Below, piece after piece: positions 48,078-60,111 of a stretch of 64,000 nucleotides of DNA. The notes under the pieces were generated by a model. The model did no database searches. It was not told where the DNA came from and saw only the letters and a program-made list of their open reading frames with translations. The stretch's first letter is position 1, and every line of letters starts with the position of its first letter. The position numbers were made by a program, and so were the translations under genes. Origin of the DNA: Thermoanaerobaculia bacterium (lineage in GTDB: Bacteria; Acidobacteriota; Thermoanaerobaculia; UBA5066); contig CAVRAY010000002.1 in assembly GCA_963719225.1 (NCBI GenBank), positions 768,001 through 832,000 on the forward strand, in the 5' to 3' direction.

Positions 48078-50188
48078 ATGACGGACACCACCGCAGGCGA
48101 GTCGGCCAAGTTCGCGCTTCCCAAGATTGGCGATCTTGGTGCGCTGTTCAAGCGCGGCGACATCGCGCTCGCGATCGGCGTGATGACCATCCTGGTCGTC
48201 CTCATTCTGCCGCTGCCTCCGACCCTGCTCGACATGGCGCTCGCGATCTCGATCATCCTGTCGGTGCTGATCCTGATGACGTCGCTGTTCATCCACACGC
48301 CGCTCGAATTCTCCGCCTTTCCGACCGTGCTGCTCATCGCCACCATGCTGCGGCTCGCGCTCAACCTCGCGTCCACGCGGCTCATCCTCGCGCGCGGGCA
48401 TGAGGGCACGTCGGCGGCCGGCCACGTCATCGAGGCCTTCGGCAATTTCGTGATGGGCGGCAATTTCGTCATCGGCATCATCGTGTTCACGATCCTGGTG
48501 ATCGTGAATTTCGTGGTCATCACCAAAGGCTCGGGCCGCATCGCCGAAGTCGCCGCGCGCTTCCACCTCGACGCCATGCCGGGCAAGCAGATGGCGATCG
48601 ACGCCGACCTCTCGGCCGGCATGATCGACGAGAGCGAGGCGCGCCGCCGCCGCAAGCATCTGGAAGACGAGAGCGGGTTTTTCGGCGCCATGGACGGCGC
48701 CTCCAAGTTCGTGCGCGGCGACGCCATCGCCGGCCTGCTCGTCGTGTTCATCAACATCATCGGCGGCATGATCATCGGCATCGCGCAGCAGGGGCTGACG
48801 TTCGCGGAAGCCGCGCGCACCTATACGCTGCTCACCGTCGGCGACGGACTGGTCACCCAGGTGCCCGCCCTGATCGTCTCCACCGCCGCCGGCCTGCTGG
48901 TATCGAAGGCCGGCATTTCCGGCGCCGCCGACCAGGCGCTGATGCGCCAGCTCTCCGGCTATCCCAAGGCGCTCGGCATGTCGGCGGCCGTCATGGGCGT
49001 AATGGCGCTGCTGCCCGGCATTCCGATGTTGCCGTTCGTGCTGCTCGGCGGCGGCGCCGGCGTCGCTCGCCTACCTGATCGACAAGCGCCAGAAGCGGAA
49101 GATCGTCGCCGAGCGAGAAGCGTGAGGAAGCCGCCAAGGCGCCGCCCGCCGAAGAGCCGATCTCGCACGCGCTCAAGATCGACGACCTCAAGATCGAGCT
49201 CGGCTATGCGCTGCTGCCGCTGGTCAACTCGCCCGACGGCGCTGACCGGCTCACCGAGCAGATCAAGGCATTGCGCCGCTCGCTCGCGGTCGAGATGGGC
49301 TTCGTGATGCCGGCGGTTCGCATCCTCGACAACGTGCAGCTCGAGGCCAACAGCTACGTGATCAAGATCAAGGAAGTGGACGCGGGAACCGGACGCATCT
49401 GGCCCGGCCAGTACATGGTCATGGACCCCGCCGGCCGGCAGGTTACGCTGCCGGGCGTGCATACCAGCGAGCCGACGTTCGGACTGCCTGCGACCTGGAT
49501 CGACATCGCGCTCAAGGAGGAGGCAGCGATCAAGGGCTATACGGTGGTCGATGCCGCGACCGTGCTCTCCACCCATCTCACCGAGCTGATCAAGGCCAAT
49601 GTGTCGGAAATCCTCTCCTACGCGGAGGTGAGCAAGCTGATCAAGGACCTGCCCAAGGAACAGGGCGAGCTGCTCAAGGATATCATGCCGGCGCAGATCA
49701 CCCTGTCCGGCATCCAGCGCGTGCTGCAACTCCTGCTGGCCGAACGGATATCGATTCGCGATCTGGCCACCATCCTCGAAGGCATCGCCGATGCGATCTC
49801 ATTCACGCGCAATCCGGCGATGCTGGCCGAGCACGTACGGGCGCGGCTCGCGCGCCAGATCTGCGCGCAATACACCAGCGCGGCCGGCTATCTGCCGCTG
49901 ATCGCGCTCTCCGCCAAATGGGAACAGGCCTTTGCCGAATCGATCGTCGGCCAGGGCGACGAGCGCGCGCTTGCGATGCAGCCCTCGCGGCTGACCGAGT
50001 TCATCACGCTGGTGCGCGAGCGCTTCGAGGAAGCGGCGCGGCAGGGCGAAGCGCCGGTGCTGGTCACTTCGGGAGGCATCCGGCCGTTCGTGCGCGGCAT
50101 GGTCGAACGCTTCCGGGCCCAGACCGCGGTGATGTCGCAGGCCGAAATCCACCCGCGCGCACGGCTCAAGACGGTCGGGAGCATCTAG
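48078..50188 (+). CDS. flhA: Flagellar export apparatus protein FlhA (frameshifts ~49070-49130)
   Basis: [73 protein letters not shown]. Confidence 0.95.
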
Positions 50189-50341
50189 CGGTTCGGCCCC
50201 CCGGCTCGGTAGGCCCTATCGCTTTGATCTCATTATAGTTTTGCGATCAAGCGCCGCGCGAAACCAGGAGCGCAGCCCATCGGATGGCTCGCGTAACTTA
50301 TTGGAATCACGCTCAATTCAACGCTTCGTGAGGGGCCTTGG

Positions 50342-50366
50342 GGAACTCCCGGCGCAGCGCCACGTT
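50342..50366 (+). promoter_or_regulatory. EcfG/sigmaT general-stress promoter
   Basis: GGAAC-N16-CGTT. Confidence 0.65.
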
Positions 50367-50428
50367 ACCCATGAACCTTTCTCCCAACCCCGGCGACTAA
50401 ATGGGTGAGACCCTGGGGAGGGTGTGCG

Positions 50429-50647
50429 ATGAATAATTCTTCGATTCTGACTGCCGACCGCATGACCCACGTGAAAATCGTGGTGCTGTCGCTGGTATTT
50501 GCGACACTCGTGGCCGGCGTCGGCATTGCCGCGCGTGTCAGCGACGCCAGCATGTTCGGGTTCGCCCGTCACGAGGCCAGCGCTCCGGTGATCAAGGCTG
50601 CCAAGCCGGTCACGGCGTCGAACAGCAGCAAGACCACCATTCGCTGA
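50429..50647 (+). CDS. Small single-TM protein
   Basis: MNNSSILTADRMTHVKIVVLSLV...; GGAGGG RBS; has its own promoter and terminator. Confidence 0.7.
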   Translation: MNNSSILTADRMTHVKIVVLSLVFATLVAGVGIAARVSDASMFGFARHEASAPVIKAAKPVTASNSSKTTIR

Positions 50648-51635
50648 CCGTTTCACCGTTTCCAACTTCAGCTTCAGGCGCGCCTTCGGGCGCGTTTTTT
50701 TGCGCCCGGATCGAGCCTACTCGTTGTAGTCGGACCCGGCGCGGCGGGCGTGGCGGACGCGGCGGCGGACCGGTGTCGATCTTGATGCCGATCACCCGCA
50801 GTGCCTGGATCGGCTGCAATTCAGGCGGCACGTATTCGGGCGCAAACCGCCACGCGGCAACGATCCCGCCCGCAGCGATCAACAGCAGAAGCAGGAGCAC
50901 CGAGAAGGCGCGCCAGCGGCGAAGCCGGCGGCGGAGGGCGGCCTCGCGCTCGTCGCTGACGACCAGCGGTGCGCGTGGAGCGGAGGGAAACGGCGCGGAA
51001 GCGGCGGAGATCGGGGCCGGCTTGCTTGCCGGAGGGGGCACGAGCGACGCCGGGGCAGGCGCCGGGCGGACCGCGGGCGCCTCGGCAGCAGCGGGCGCGG
51101 GCGCCTCGGCAGCAGTGGGCGGAGACGGTTCGTCCGCTCGGGAAATTCTCGAAGAAACAACGGGAGCCGGTGCAGCGACAACGGCCGGAGTTCTGGCGGG
51201 GACCGGGGTCTCGGCCGGTGCCGGGGTCTCGGCGGGGACAGGTGTCGCGGCCGGGACAGGCGTCGCCGCCGCGCTGTCCGCGGCAGCCTCAAGCGCGGCT
51301 GGAGGTTCCGCCTCGGCCGGCGCAGGCAAGGGAGGCCCATCGGCCTTGGGCGGTTCCACGGCTTCGGGCAGTTCAGCCGTCCGCGTCACCGGATTTTGCG
51401 CCACATCCGAAAGCTTGCCCTTGATCCGGTCCCAGATCTCGGCATCCGGGTCGACCGCTTCGACCATCAGGTGCAATTCGCCGAGGCGCCGCTCCCAGAA
51501 CTTCACCTTGATGGCGAAGCCCTCGTCGATTTCGAGCAGCCCTTGCGCCTGCACGAGCTCGTCCTTGGCGAGCGTGCCGAGCACATATTCGGCCGCCAAT
51601 GCCCCCAGTTCGCTGTCGCCTAGGAGCTGAGACAT
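50610..51635 (-). CDS. RskA-like anti-sigma factor with long Pro/Ala-rich linker and TM (true 3' end probably ~50718)
   Basis: LAAEYVLGTL, WERRL, IWDRI; (TPxPAx)n; one TM. Confidence 0.7.
   Translation of the reverse strand: MSQLLGDSELGALAAEYVLGTLAKDELVQAQGLLEIDEGFAIKVKFWERRLGELHLMVEAVDPDAEIWDRIKGKLSDVAQNPVTRTAELPEAVEPPKADGPPLPAPAEAEPPAALEAAADSAAATPVPAATPVPAETPAPAETPVPARTPAVVAAPAPVVSSRISRADEPSPPTAAEAPAPAAAEAPAVRPAPAPASLVPPPASKPAPISAASAPFPSAPRAPLVVSDEREAALRRRLRRWRAFSVLLLLLLIAAGGIVAAWRFAPEYVPPELQPIQALRVIGIKIDTGPPPRPPRPPRRVRLQRVGSIRAQKNAPEGAPEAEVGNGETVSEWWSCCCSTP
50677..50702 (+). terminator. Rho-independent terminator
   Basis: GGCGCGCC-TTCG-GGCGCG followed by a T-run. Confidence 0.8.
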
Positions 51636-52165
51636 TTCTCGATCTCGAACAGGCTGCGCCGCAGCGAAGCGCGTAGAAGATTGACCGGCATGTCGAGCTT
51701 GATGGAGAGCTGCTCGCGCGTGAAGGCGCCGTAATAGGCGAGCAGCAGCATGCGCTGGCGGTCGGGCTCGAGCCGGCCGATACAGGTCAACAGCCGCCGT
51801 AGATCGTCGGTCAGCGCGTGACGGGGCACCACGCCGGGCCCGTCATCCTCCTCCACGATTTCCGACTCGTCGTCGCCCACGCTGGCGCGCGGCTGCCGCG
51901 CCAAGTCGATGGCCCGGCTGCGCGCGATCCCGACAACCCACGCGACCGGGGACGACTGCGCGGGATCGTACTCCCCGGCCCGCTTCCAGACCTGGAGATA
52001 GGCCTGCTCCATCACATCGGCCGCAAGATCGTGCCGCCGCAGGATGCGCAGCACCACGCCATAGACCTTGGCGCAGGTCGCCGCATAAAGGCGCTCGAAG
52101 GCGGCCGCATCGCCCTTGGAGACGGCAGCAAGCAGCCAGGTGATCTCAACCGGCGGCGTCGACAT
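51620..52165 (-). CDS. ECF sigma factor, SigK-like
   Basis: GDAAAFERLY, VWKRA.EYD, IARSRAID, CIGRLEPDRQ..LLLAYYG. Confidence 0.88.
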   Translation of the reverse strand: MSTPPVEITWLLAAVSKGDAAAFERLYAATCAKVYGVVLRILRRHDLAADVMEQAYLQVWKRAGEYDPAQSSPVAWVVGIARSRAIDLARQPRASVGDDESEIVEEDDGPGVVPRHALTDDLRRLLTCIGRLEPDRQRMLLLAYYGAFTREQLSIKLDMPVNLLRASLRRSLFEIEKCLSS

Positions 52166-52546
52166 TATAACTGGACCCAAACCCCGGGCTTGCGTGGCGG
52201 GCTGATTATCCCCGGCTCACCCGTCCTGTCGAGACAGGAATGCCACAAATCGCGCCCTGGCAAGCGCGATCCTGCGCGTTTTTTCCGATTCCGACCGATT
52301 GGCCGGCCGGAGCAACGCTCTGGAATTCCGGCGAGCGGGTGGCTACCGGTTCCGGGCGATGCAGCGGAAGACCGCCACTTTTGATCCACGATGTGCGCCG
52401 CCCGTTCGTCGGTCCGACATTGTTAGCGCCCATTGCCCGCTACATTCTGCCAATTGCCCCCGTGCGGGTCCTCGCGCTATGATTTGCAACCCAGTCAGCC
52501 CCGGAATCAACCGGGGCGACCCGAACTTTCACGGGAGGAACCAACG

Positions 52547-53777
52547 ATGCACGGTCTCGCAAGATTTGCAGCCGTAACGGCTGCGGCAGTACTCGCCCCG
52601 ATCACCGCCCAGGCACAGAACTGCGAGGACCTGATCCTCGGGGCCGCGCTTTCGGCCACCGGCATCTACGCCTCCAACGGCAACAACACCAAGAACGGCT
52701 ACGAATTTGCGGTCAAGAAGATCAACGACGCCGGCGGCGTCAAGATCGGCGGCAAGTGCTATCACCTCAAGATCACCTATTACGACGATGAGTCGACGCC
52801 GGCCCGCGCCGCCCAGCTGGTCGAACGCCTGATCAGCCAGGACAAGGTCAAATTCATGCTCGGCCCGTACAGCTCGCCGCTGACCAAGGCGATCCTGCCC
52901 GTCACCGAAAAGTACAAGACGCCGGTGGTGCAGTCCGAGGCGGCGTCGCGCTCGCTGTTCACCCAGGGCTACAAGTACCACTTCGGCATCGTCGCCACGT
53001 CCGAGAAGTACCTCACGCCGGTCGATCGACATGGCGGCCGAAATGGCCAAGAAGGCCGGCAAGGATCCGTCGGCCAGTCAAGGTCGCGATGATCTATCAG
53101 GACGATTCGTTCTCGCTCGACGTGCGGCAGGGCGTCGTCGACGTGATCAAGAAATACAAGATGAACACGGTCATCGACGACCGCATGCCGAAGGACCTCA
53201 ACGACATCACCACGTTCTTCACCAAAGTGAAGGCGCTCAAGCCCGACGTGCTGATGATCTCCGGCCACGAGAAGGGAGCCGCCACCGCGGCCCGCCAGAT
53301 GGGCGAGCACAAGACCGACGTGCCGCTGATCGGCGTCACCCATTGCGAATCGGCCAAGGTCGGTGTCGGACTTCCCGAAGGTCGCCGAAGGCTTCGTCTG
53401 CCCGACCCAATGGGACGAGACCATGAAGGCGAGCGATCCGCTGTTCGGAAGCGCCGCCAACTACAACAAGGAAATGAAGGCGGCCCACCCCGAATACAGG
53501 GTCGTGCCCTACCAGACGGCGCAGGCCAGCGCGGCGATCTACGTCTGGAAGGATGCGTTCCAGCGGGCGCAGTCGCTCGATCAGGAGAAGGTGCGCGACG
53601 CGCTGACCAAGACCGACCTGCCGACCTTCTATGGCCACATCAAGTTTGCCGCGGATGGCAGCAATCCCGGCAAGGAGATCGTCATGCGGCAGATCCAGGG
53701 CGGCAAATACATGGTCGTGTCGCCGGCCAAGGTCGCGGCCGCGCCGCTGATCTATCCGCGCGACGCGCAACTACTGA
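52547..53777 (+). CDS. livK: Branched-chain amino acid-type ABC substrate-binding protein (frameshifted)
   Basis: LSATG, INDAGGV, YYDDES, LGPYSS, TFYGHIKF. Confidence 0.82.
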
Positions 53778-53904
53778 GCGGATCGAGCGGAAGCGGGCGC
53801 GCGCGGTCTGTCGCCCCGCTTCCGTATTGCATCCAGGCGCCGTCCAATCGCTGCGCGAAGGCGTCGCCCGTTTAGCCCGTTTGCATGAGCCGAGGCGCTC
53901 CGCG

Positions 53905-54820
53905 ATGGACCAGATCATCGGCAACATTTCGGTGCTTGACCGCGGCGCCGATCTTCAACCTCGGCCTGCTGATCGACGGGCTGCTGATCGGCTCGATCTT
54001 TGCGCTCGCCGCCTACGGCCTGGCCCTGGTGTGGGGCGTGATGAACGTCAAGAATCTCGCCCAGGGCGATTTCATCATGACTCGGCGGCTACATCACCTG
54101 GAGCTCGGGCAAGCTCGGCATTCATCCGCTGTTCGGGCGTGCCCGTCGCCATCGTCGTGCTGTGGTGCGTCGGCTGGGTGCTCTACCGCACGGTCATCAG
54201 CAAGGTCATTACCCGCGATCTGTTCACCTCGCTGCTGGCGACCTTCGGCATCGCCATCGTGATCCAGCAGGGGCTCAACCTCGCGTTCGGTCCGGACACC
54301 CAATCGGCGCAGGCCGATCTGCCGACCTGGGATTTCGCCGGCGGGCTCGATCACCGTCACGGCGACCCGCGTCCTCGGCTTCGTGTTTGCCGTCGTTCTC
54401 GCGGTGGCGGTGATCCTGTTCATGAAGAAGAGCCGCATGGGCCAGGCGATCCGCGCGACCGCGCAGGATGCGCGCGCCGCGCGCGTGCTCGGCATCGACA
54501 CCGAGAAGGTCTATTCGTTCACGTTCTGCCTCAATGCGGCGATCTGCGGGGCGGCCGGCGCGCTGGTCGCGGTGGTCTGGAACGTGCAGCCGTTCATGGG
54601 CACGACCTATTCGATCCGCCTGTTCGTCGTCGTGACCGCGGCGGGCTTCGGCAACCTGCCGGGCGTGATCGCGGCGGGCTTCGGGATGGGCGTGTTCGAG
54701 CAGTTCGGCGGCTTCGTGCTCGGCGCGCAATTCCAGCAGGCCCTGATCGTGCTGCTGCTGCTGGTCGTGCTCGCGGTCCGCCAATTGCAGCAACTCCGCG
54801 TGCGGCAGGCCGTGCAATGA
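53905..54820 (+). CDS. livH: LivH-type ABC permease (frameshifted)
   Basis: GSIFALAAYGLALVWGVMNV.NLAQG, GQAIRATAQD...ARVLGI, GFGNLPG. Confidence 0.85.
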
Positions 54821-55910
54821 ACGCCGCGTCGCTGCAACCGCTGACCTTCTGGCTGCTGCTGCTGGCCGGCGTCGCCGCGCCGCTGCTGTTTCCCGACTAC
54901 ACCAATCAGATCGCCGTGCTCTGGCTGATGATCGTGTTCGCCGCGACCTGGGACATCCTGGGCGGGCAGATGGGCTACAACTCGCTCGGCAACATCTTCT
55001 TCTTCGGCGCCGGCATGTACATCTCGGCCGTCGGTCCAGATCGGCCTGTTCTACGACGTGGGCATGTACACGTCGGCGGCCCGCACCACCCACATCGTCT
55101 TCACCAGCCGCAGTATTTCACCGGCTTTGCCGCCGGCGCGGTCGCGGCAGGCATCGGCGTCCGCGGTGCTCGCCATCGTGGTCGGCTGGATCGTGTTCGG
55201 CCTGCGCGGGCCCTATTTCGCCATCGGCACGCTCGGCGTGGCGGTCGCCGGCGCCGAGCTGATCGCCTCCTGGGAATGGGTTGGGGCGGCGAGCGGCATC
55301 TCGCTGCCGGTGTTCCCGGGCGAGCCGGAGACCCAGAAGCTGTTCTTCTACTTCCTGCTGTTCGGTCTGGCGTTCACCCTGCTGCTGTTTCTGCGCTGGC
55401 TCTATTCCACCAATTTCGGCCTCGCCATCAACGCCATCCGCGACGACGAGGAAAAGGCCGAGGCCATGGGCCTGCATACCAGCCGCTACAAGCGCACCGC
55501 CTGGGTGATCTCGGCGTTCTTCCTCGGCATCGCCGGCGCCATCTTCGGCAACATGACCGGCTTCATCGAGCCGCGCGACATCGCCTTCCCGACGACGACG
55601 TTCAACATCTTCATGGTGCTGATGGTGCTGCTCGGCGGCAAGGGCACGTTGTGGGGCCCGGTGGTCGGCGCGGTGGTGTTCCACGTCATCAAGGAGGTGA
55701 CCTGGACCTATTTCCTCGGCTGGCAGTTCGTCACCCTGGGCCTGCTCATCGTCATCATCATCGTCTATTTCCAGCAGGGCATCGTCGGCTGGCTGATGGA
55801 GAAATATCCCGAGCGGTTCGGCATCCAGGTCGCGCCCAAGGACGAAGGAGACAGCGCCGCGCGCGCAGTCAATGCCGGTCTCGCGCCGCATCCCGGAGGG
55901 CGCGGAATGA
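54817..55910 (+). CDS. livM: LivM-type ABC permease (frameshifted)
   Basis: WDILGGQMGYNSLG, LRGPYFAIGT, AIRDDE..AEAMG, LGGKGTLWGP. Confidence 0.85.
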
Positions 55911-56655
55911 GCGACGCGATCATCGAGGTCGAGAATGTGAGCAAGTCGTTCGGCGGCGTGATCGCCAACCGCGGCGTGTCGCTGAGCGTGCCGCGCGGCA
56001 GCATCACCGGACTGATCGGCCCCAACGGCTCGGGCAAGACCACGCTGTTCAATTCCATCGTCGGCTATCACCCGATCGATTCCGGCTCGATCCGCTTCGA
56101 GGGGCGCGAGATTTCCACGACTGCGCGTGCAGGAGATCGCGCGGCTCGGCCTGCTGCGCACGTTCCAGACCACGCGCATCTACGGCAAGATGAACTGCAT
56201 GCAGAACATGCTGATCTCGATCCCGCATCGCAGGGCGGGCTTCTTCGACATGTTCGCGCGCGAGCGCGGCGAGGTGGTGGACCGCGCCGAGCAGCTACTG
56301 GGCTTCGTCGGGCTCTACGAGAAGCGGTTCCTGCGCGCCGGCAGCCTGTCGTTCGGCCAGCAGAAGCTCCTGGAGTTCGCCATGGCGCTGATGAACGAGC
56401 CCACCGTGCTGCTGCTCGACGAGCCGACCGCCGGCATCAATCCAACGCTGATCAACGGCCTGATCGACCGCCTCAAGCGCGCCAACACCGAATTCGGCAT
56501 CACGCTGTTCATCATCGAGCACAACATGCGCGTGATCATGAACATGGCGAGCAAGATCTATTGCCTGGCGCACGGCGAGATGCTGGCGGAGGGCGAGGCC
56601 GGCCGAAATCCAGCGCGATCAGCGCGTCATCGACGCCTATCTGGGAGCGCATTGA
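55907..56655 (+). CDS. livG: LivG-type ABC ATPase (frameshifted)
   Basis: KSFGGV.AN, GPNGSGKTT, RTFQ, LSFGQQKLLE, LLDEPTAG, IIEHNM. Confidence 0.88.
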
Positions 56656-57534
56656 TGCCGGGCTCCGAACGGCCGCACACGCCGGCGGGGAGCGGCTACC
56701 TGGGCGGCGTCGACACCGTCATCTCCGTCGATGAAGTCGCCCGCCAGGCGCTCGCAATCGCGCAGGACGTGAGCGTCGCCGAGCTCGACGCGCTGGCTGG
56801 GACGCGAACCGCATCTGCGCATCGACGACCTCGTCGCCGGCTACGGTCAGATGGAAATCCTGCACGATTTCAGTCTCCGGGTCGGCCGCCGTCAGTCGCT
56901 GTGCCTCATCGGCCCGAACGGCGCCGGCAAGTCGACCGTGCTGCATTCCATTTTCGGTTTCACCAACATCTTTTCCGGAACGATCTCCACCATGCGGGAC
57001 GGCGCACTGATCGACGTGACGCGCCTGTCGTCGAACGAGAAGCTGCGTTCTGCCGGCATCGCCTACATCATGCAGGACAAGTCCGTCTTCCCCGGCATGA
57101 CCGTGGAGGAGAACTTGTGGATGGGCGCCTACCTGATGGAGCACACCGCGGAGGCCAAGCGCGCCGCCGAGAAGGTGTTCGACAAGTATCCGCGTCTGGC
57201 GGCGCGGCGCAAGCACCCGGCCAAGGTGCTCTCCGGCGGCGAGCGCCGTCTGCTCGAAATCAGCCGCGCGCTGGTCATGGACCCGCAGGTGCTGCTGGTG
57301 GATGAGCCCTCGATCGGGCTGGAGCCGCGCTTCATCGACATGGTGTTCGAAATTCTGGGCGACCTTCAGCACAAGGAGGGCAAGACCATCGTGATGGTCG
57401 AGCAGAACGCCAAGAAAGGGCTCGAATTCGCCGATATCGGCTACGTGCTGGTCTCGGGCAAGCTCGCACTTGCCGGCCGCGCCAAGGACCTGCTCGCCGA
57501 CCCGGACGTCGGCCGCCTTTTCCTCGGCGGTTAG
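56655..57534 (+). CDS. livF: LivF-type ABC ATPase with N-terminal extension (frameshifted)
   Basis: AGYG..EIL, GPNGAGKST, LSGGERR, DEPSIGL, VEQNA. Confidence 0.88.
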
Positions 57535-57645
57535 CGCCGCGCCGAGTGATCCGCACTCCGATGCGACACGTTCCGTCCGCGCGCGCTCAGCGACGCGCGG
57601 AGACCACCTGCCGTCATGCATGCCAAGCTGCGCGTGGGCCCGCCA

Positions 57646-57927
57646 TCAATCCCGGCACCCGAGTTCCTCCTCCAATCGCACGATCCGCGCAACGCGCCGG
57701 CGCTCACGGGGACTGAGCGGAACGTCCGCCTGGTTGTCGTATTCGCATCCGGCGTTGCCGAAATGGCGGATCGCGCGCGCCGTCTTGAAGCAATAGCCGG
57801 CCCGCTTGTAGATCGCATTGCGTTCCACCCACAGACCGAAGCAGTTTTGGGCCCGGGCCGCCGGAACGCCGGCTCCCAGAGTGGCCGCGGCCACCACGGC
57901 CGCGGCGGCAATCGTGATCAGGCGCAT
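57646..57927 (-). CDS. Secreted YARHG-domain protein
   Basis: Signal peptide; LWVERNAIYKRAGYCFK...FGN.GC. Confidence 0.8.
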   Translation of the reverse strand: MRLITIAAAAVVAAATLGAGVPAARAQNCFGLWVERNAIYKRAGYCFKTARAIRHFGNAGCEYDNQADVPLSPRERRRVARIVRLEEELGCRD

Positions 57928-58111
57928 TTTTCAGTCCTCCGATTTGGGGCGGGCCCACCCGATAGCGCGGTCATCCGCGAGTGCCTGTCTGGGCTTTCGG
58001 CAGCCCGGCGGGGCGTCCTCGATCTCGTCTATTATCACGAGAAGTCGCCGCCGATGATAGGTGCCGCCAAATGGACTCCTAGCAGCGAAGGCTGTAGTCC
58101 TCCTCGGCGAC

Positions 58112-59112
58112 ATGCCCCGCCTGCCCATCACCATTGCTACCTGGGACTACGACCGGGTGCGGGCCCTGACCGACGGCCGCGTGCAGGTCGAGGGTTGCGA
58201 CGTCAACTACCTCACCATGCCGGTCGAGGAGTGCTTCGAACGGGCCTTCTTCCACGGCGAATTCGAAGTCGCCGAAATCGGCTTCAGCCCGCATCTCATT
58301 GCGCTGTCACGCGGGCACGGCACCTTATGTGGCCGATCCCGGTCTTCCTGTCGCGGATGTTCAGGCATTCGGCCGTCTACATCCGGACCGATCGCGGCAT
58401 CGAGGGGCCTGCCGACTTGCGGGGCAAGCGTATCGGCGTGCCCGAATATCAGATGTCGGCCGTAGTATGGGTTCGCGGATTTCTCAACGACGAGTTCGGC
58501 ATCGCCGCAAAAGACATCAACTGGGTGCAGGCGCGGCCTCGAAACTCCGGGCCGCCGCGACAAGTTTCCGCTCAATCTGCCGGACGGATTTCCGCTCGCT
58601 ATCGCGCAACGGACGGCAGTGCCTGTCGCAAGATGCTGGTGGACGGCGAGCTCGACGGCGGTGATCTCGGCGCGGCAGCCATCATGCTTCGTCAACAAGC
58701 ATCCGAACGTCACCCGGCTGTTTCCCGATTACCGCGCCGCGGAGCGCGAATACTATCACCGTTCGGGGCTGTTCCCGATCATGCACGCGCTCGGCATCCG
58801 CCGCGACGTCTACGACCGGCACCGTGGCTTGCCGCCAGCCTGTACAAGGCCTTCGTGCAGGGCGAAGCGGATCGCCGACGCCGAATTCGTCGAGACGACG
58901 GCGCTGAAGATCGGCCTGCCATGGGTCACGGCGGAGTACGAAGCGACGCGCGGACGCTGATGGGAGAGGATTTCTGGTCATACGGCGTCGCCCCAAATCA
59001 CAGGACGCTGCAGACCATGGCGCGGTATTCTTATGAGCAGGGTCTGGCCGTCCGTCTGTCTGACGGTCGAAGAAATGTTTGCGGAAGGCAGTTGAGCGAG
59101 ATCCGGGTCTAG
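58112..59112 (+). CDS. 4,5-dihydroxyphthalate decarboxylase-like / SBP-fold protein (frameshifted)
   Basis: DYDRVRAL.DGRV, EFEVAE, IPVFLSRMFRHS, IGVPEYQM.A.VW.RG, FPIMH, DFWSYG. Confidence 0.8.
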
Positions 59113-59123
59113 CGGAGGATCCG

Positions 59124-60070
59124 ATGACCGTCCAACTGATCTGCTGCTCGCACAGTCCGTTGATGACGACCGACGTCGAGGAATCGCAGCCTGACACGCA
59201 TGCGCAATTTTTCAAAGAGATCGATTCCGCGGCGGCGGCCCTGCACAAATTCGGCCCCGATCTGGTCGTGGTCTTTGGCCCGGACCATTTCAACGGCTTC
59301 TTCTATGAGCTGATGCCGGCGTTCTGCATCGGGACCGCGGCCGAAGGAACTCAAGGACTGGCATCTGGAAAGCGGGCCGCTCCGCGTGCCGCGCGAGCTT
59401 GCGCTTTCGCTGCGTGCGGTTTCTGCAATCGCGCGACTTCGATGTGGCGATATCGCATCAGATGAAGGTCGACCACGGCATCACAATTCCGCTGTTCAAG
59501 CTTACGGGCGCGCTCGAACCGCTACGACGTGCTGCCGGTTTTCATCAATTGCGCCGCCGATCCGCGGCCCTCTTTCCGGCGGGTTCGCGCGTTCGGCGAG
59601 GCTATCGGCGCATTTCTCGCCGACAAGGACATGCGCATCACGATCGTCGGCTCCGGCGGCTTGTCGCACGATCCGCCGACGCCGCGGCTGGAGCTGAGCC
59701 CGCCGGACGTGGCGCGCCGCTTGATCGTCCGGCAGACGCCGTCCCAGGACGAACTGGATGCTCGCGAAAGTCGCGTCATAAAGGCGGCACGGGATCTCGT
59801 GGTCGGCAAAGGTCCGTGTTTGCCGCCGAGCGAGCAATGGGACCGGGATTTCCTGGCGACGTTTCTCGGCTCCCAGGCACGAGGAGTTCGACCGGATGAC
59901 CGACGCAGAGATCGATCGTGTCGCCGGCTTCGGCGCGCATGAAGTCCGCACCTGGGTCGCGGCGGCGGCCGCCGCCCGCACCATGGGCGAACTTGCGCAC
60001 CGAGCTTCGCTACTACCACCTCGTCCCGGAATGGATCACCGGAATGGGCATCGTCGTCGGCCAGAACTGA
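59124..60070 (+). CDS. mhpB: MhpB-like extradiol dioxygenase, LigB superfamily (frameshifted)
   Basis: CSHSPL, FGPDHFNGFFYELMPAFCIG, VDHG, GSGGLSHDPP, GAHEVRTWVAA. Confidence 0.85.
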
Positions 60071-60111
60071 ACCCGCCAGAACAAGAAAAGCGAACGGGAG
60101 GATTGACGAAG

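Noticed and set aside
47976-50188. Injectisome SctV instead of FlhA
   Set aside because: Motifs and the CtrA-like box fit alphaproteobacterial flagellar FlhA; no T3SS genes nearby
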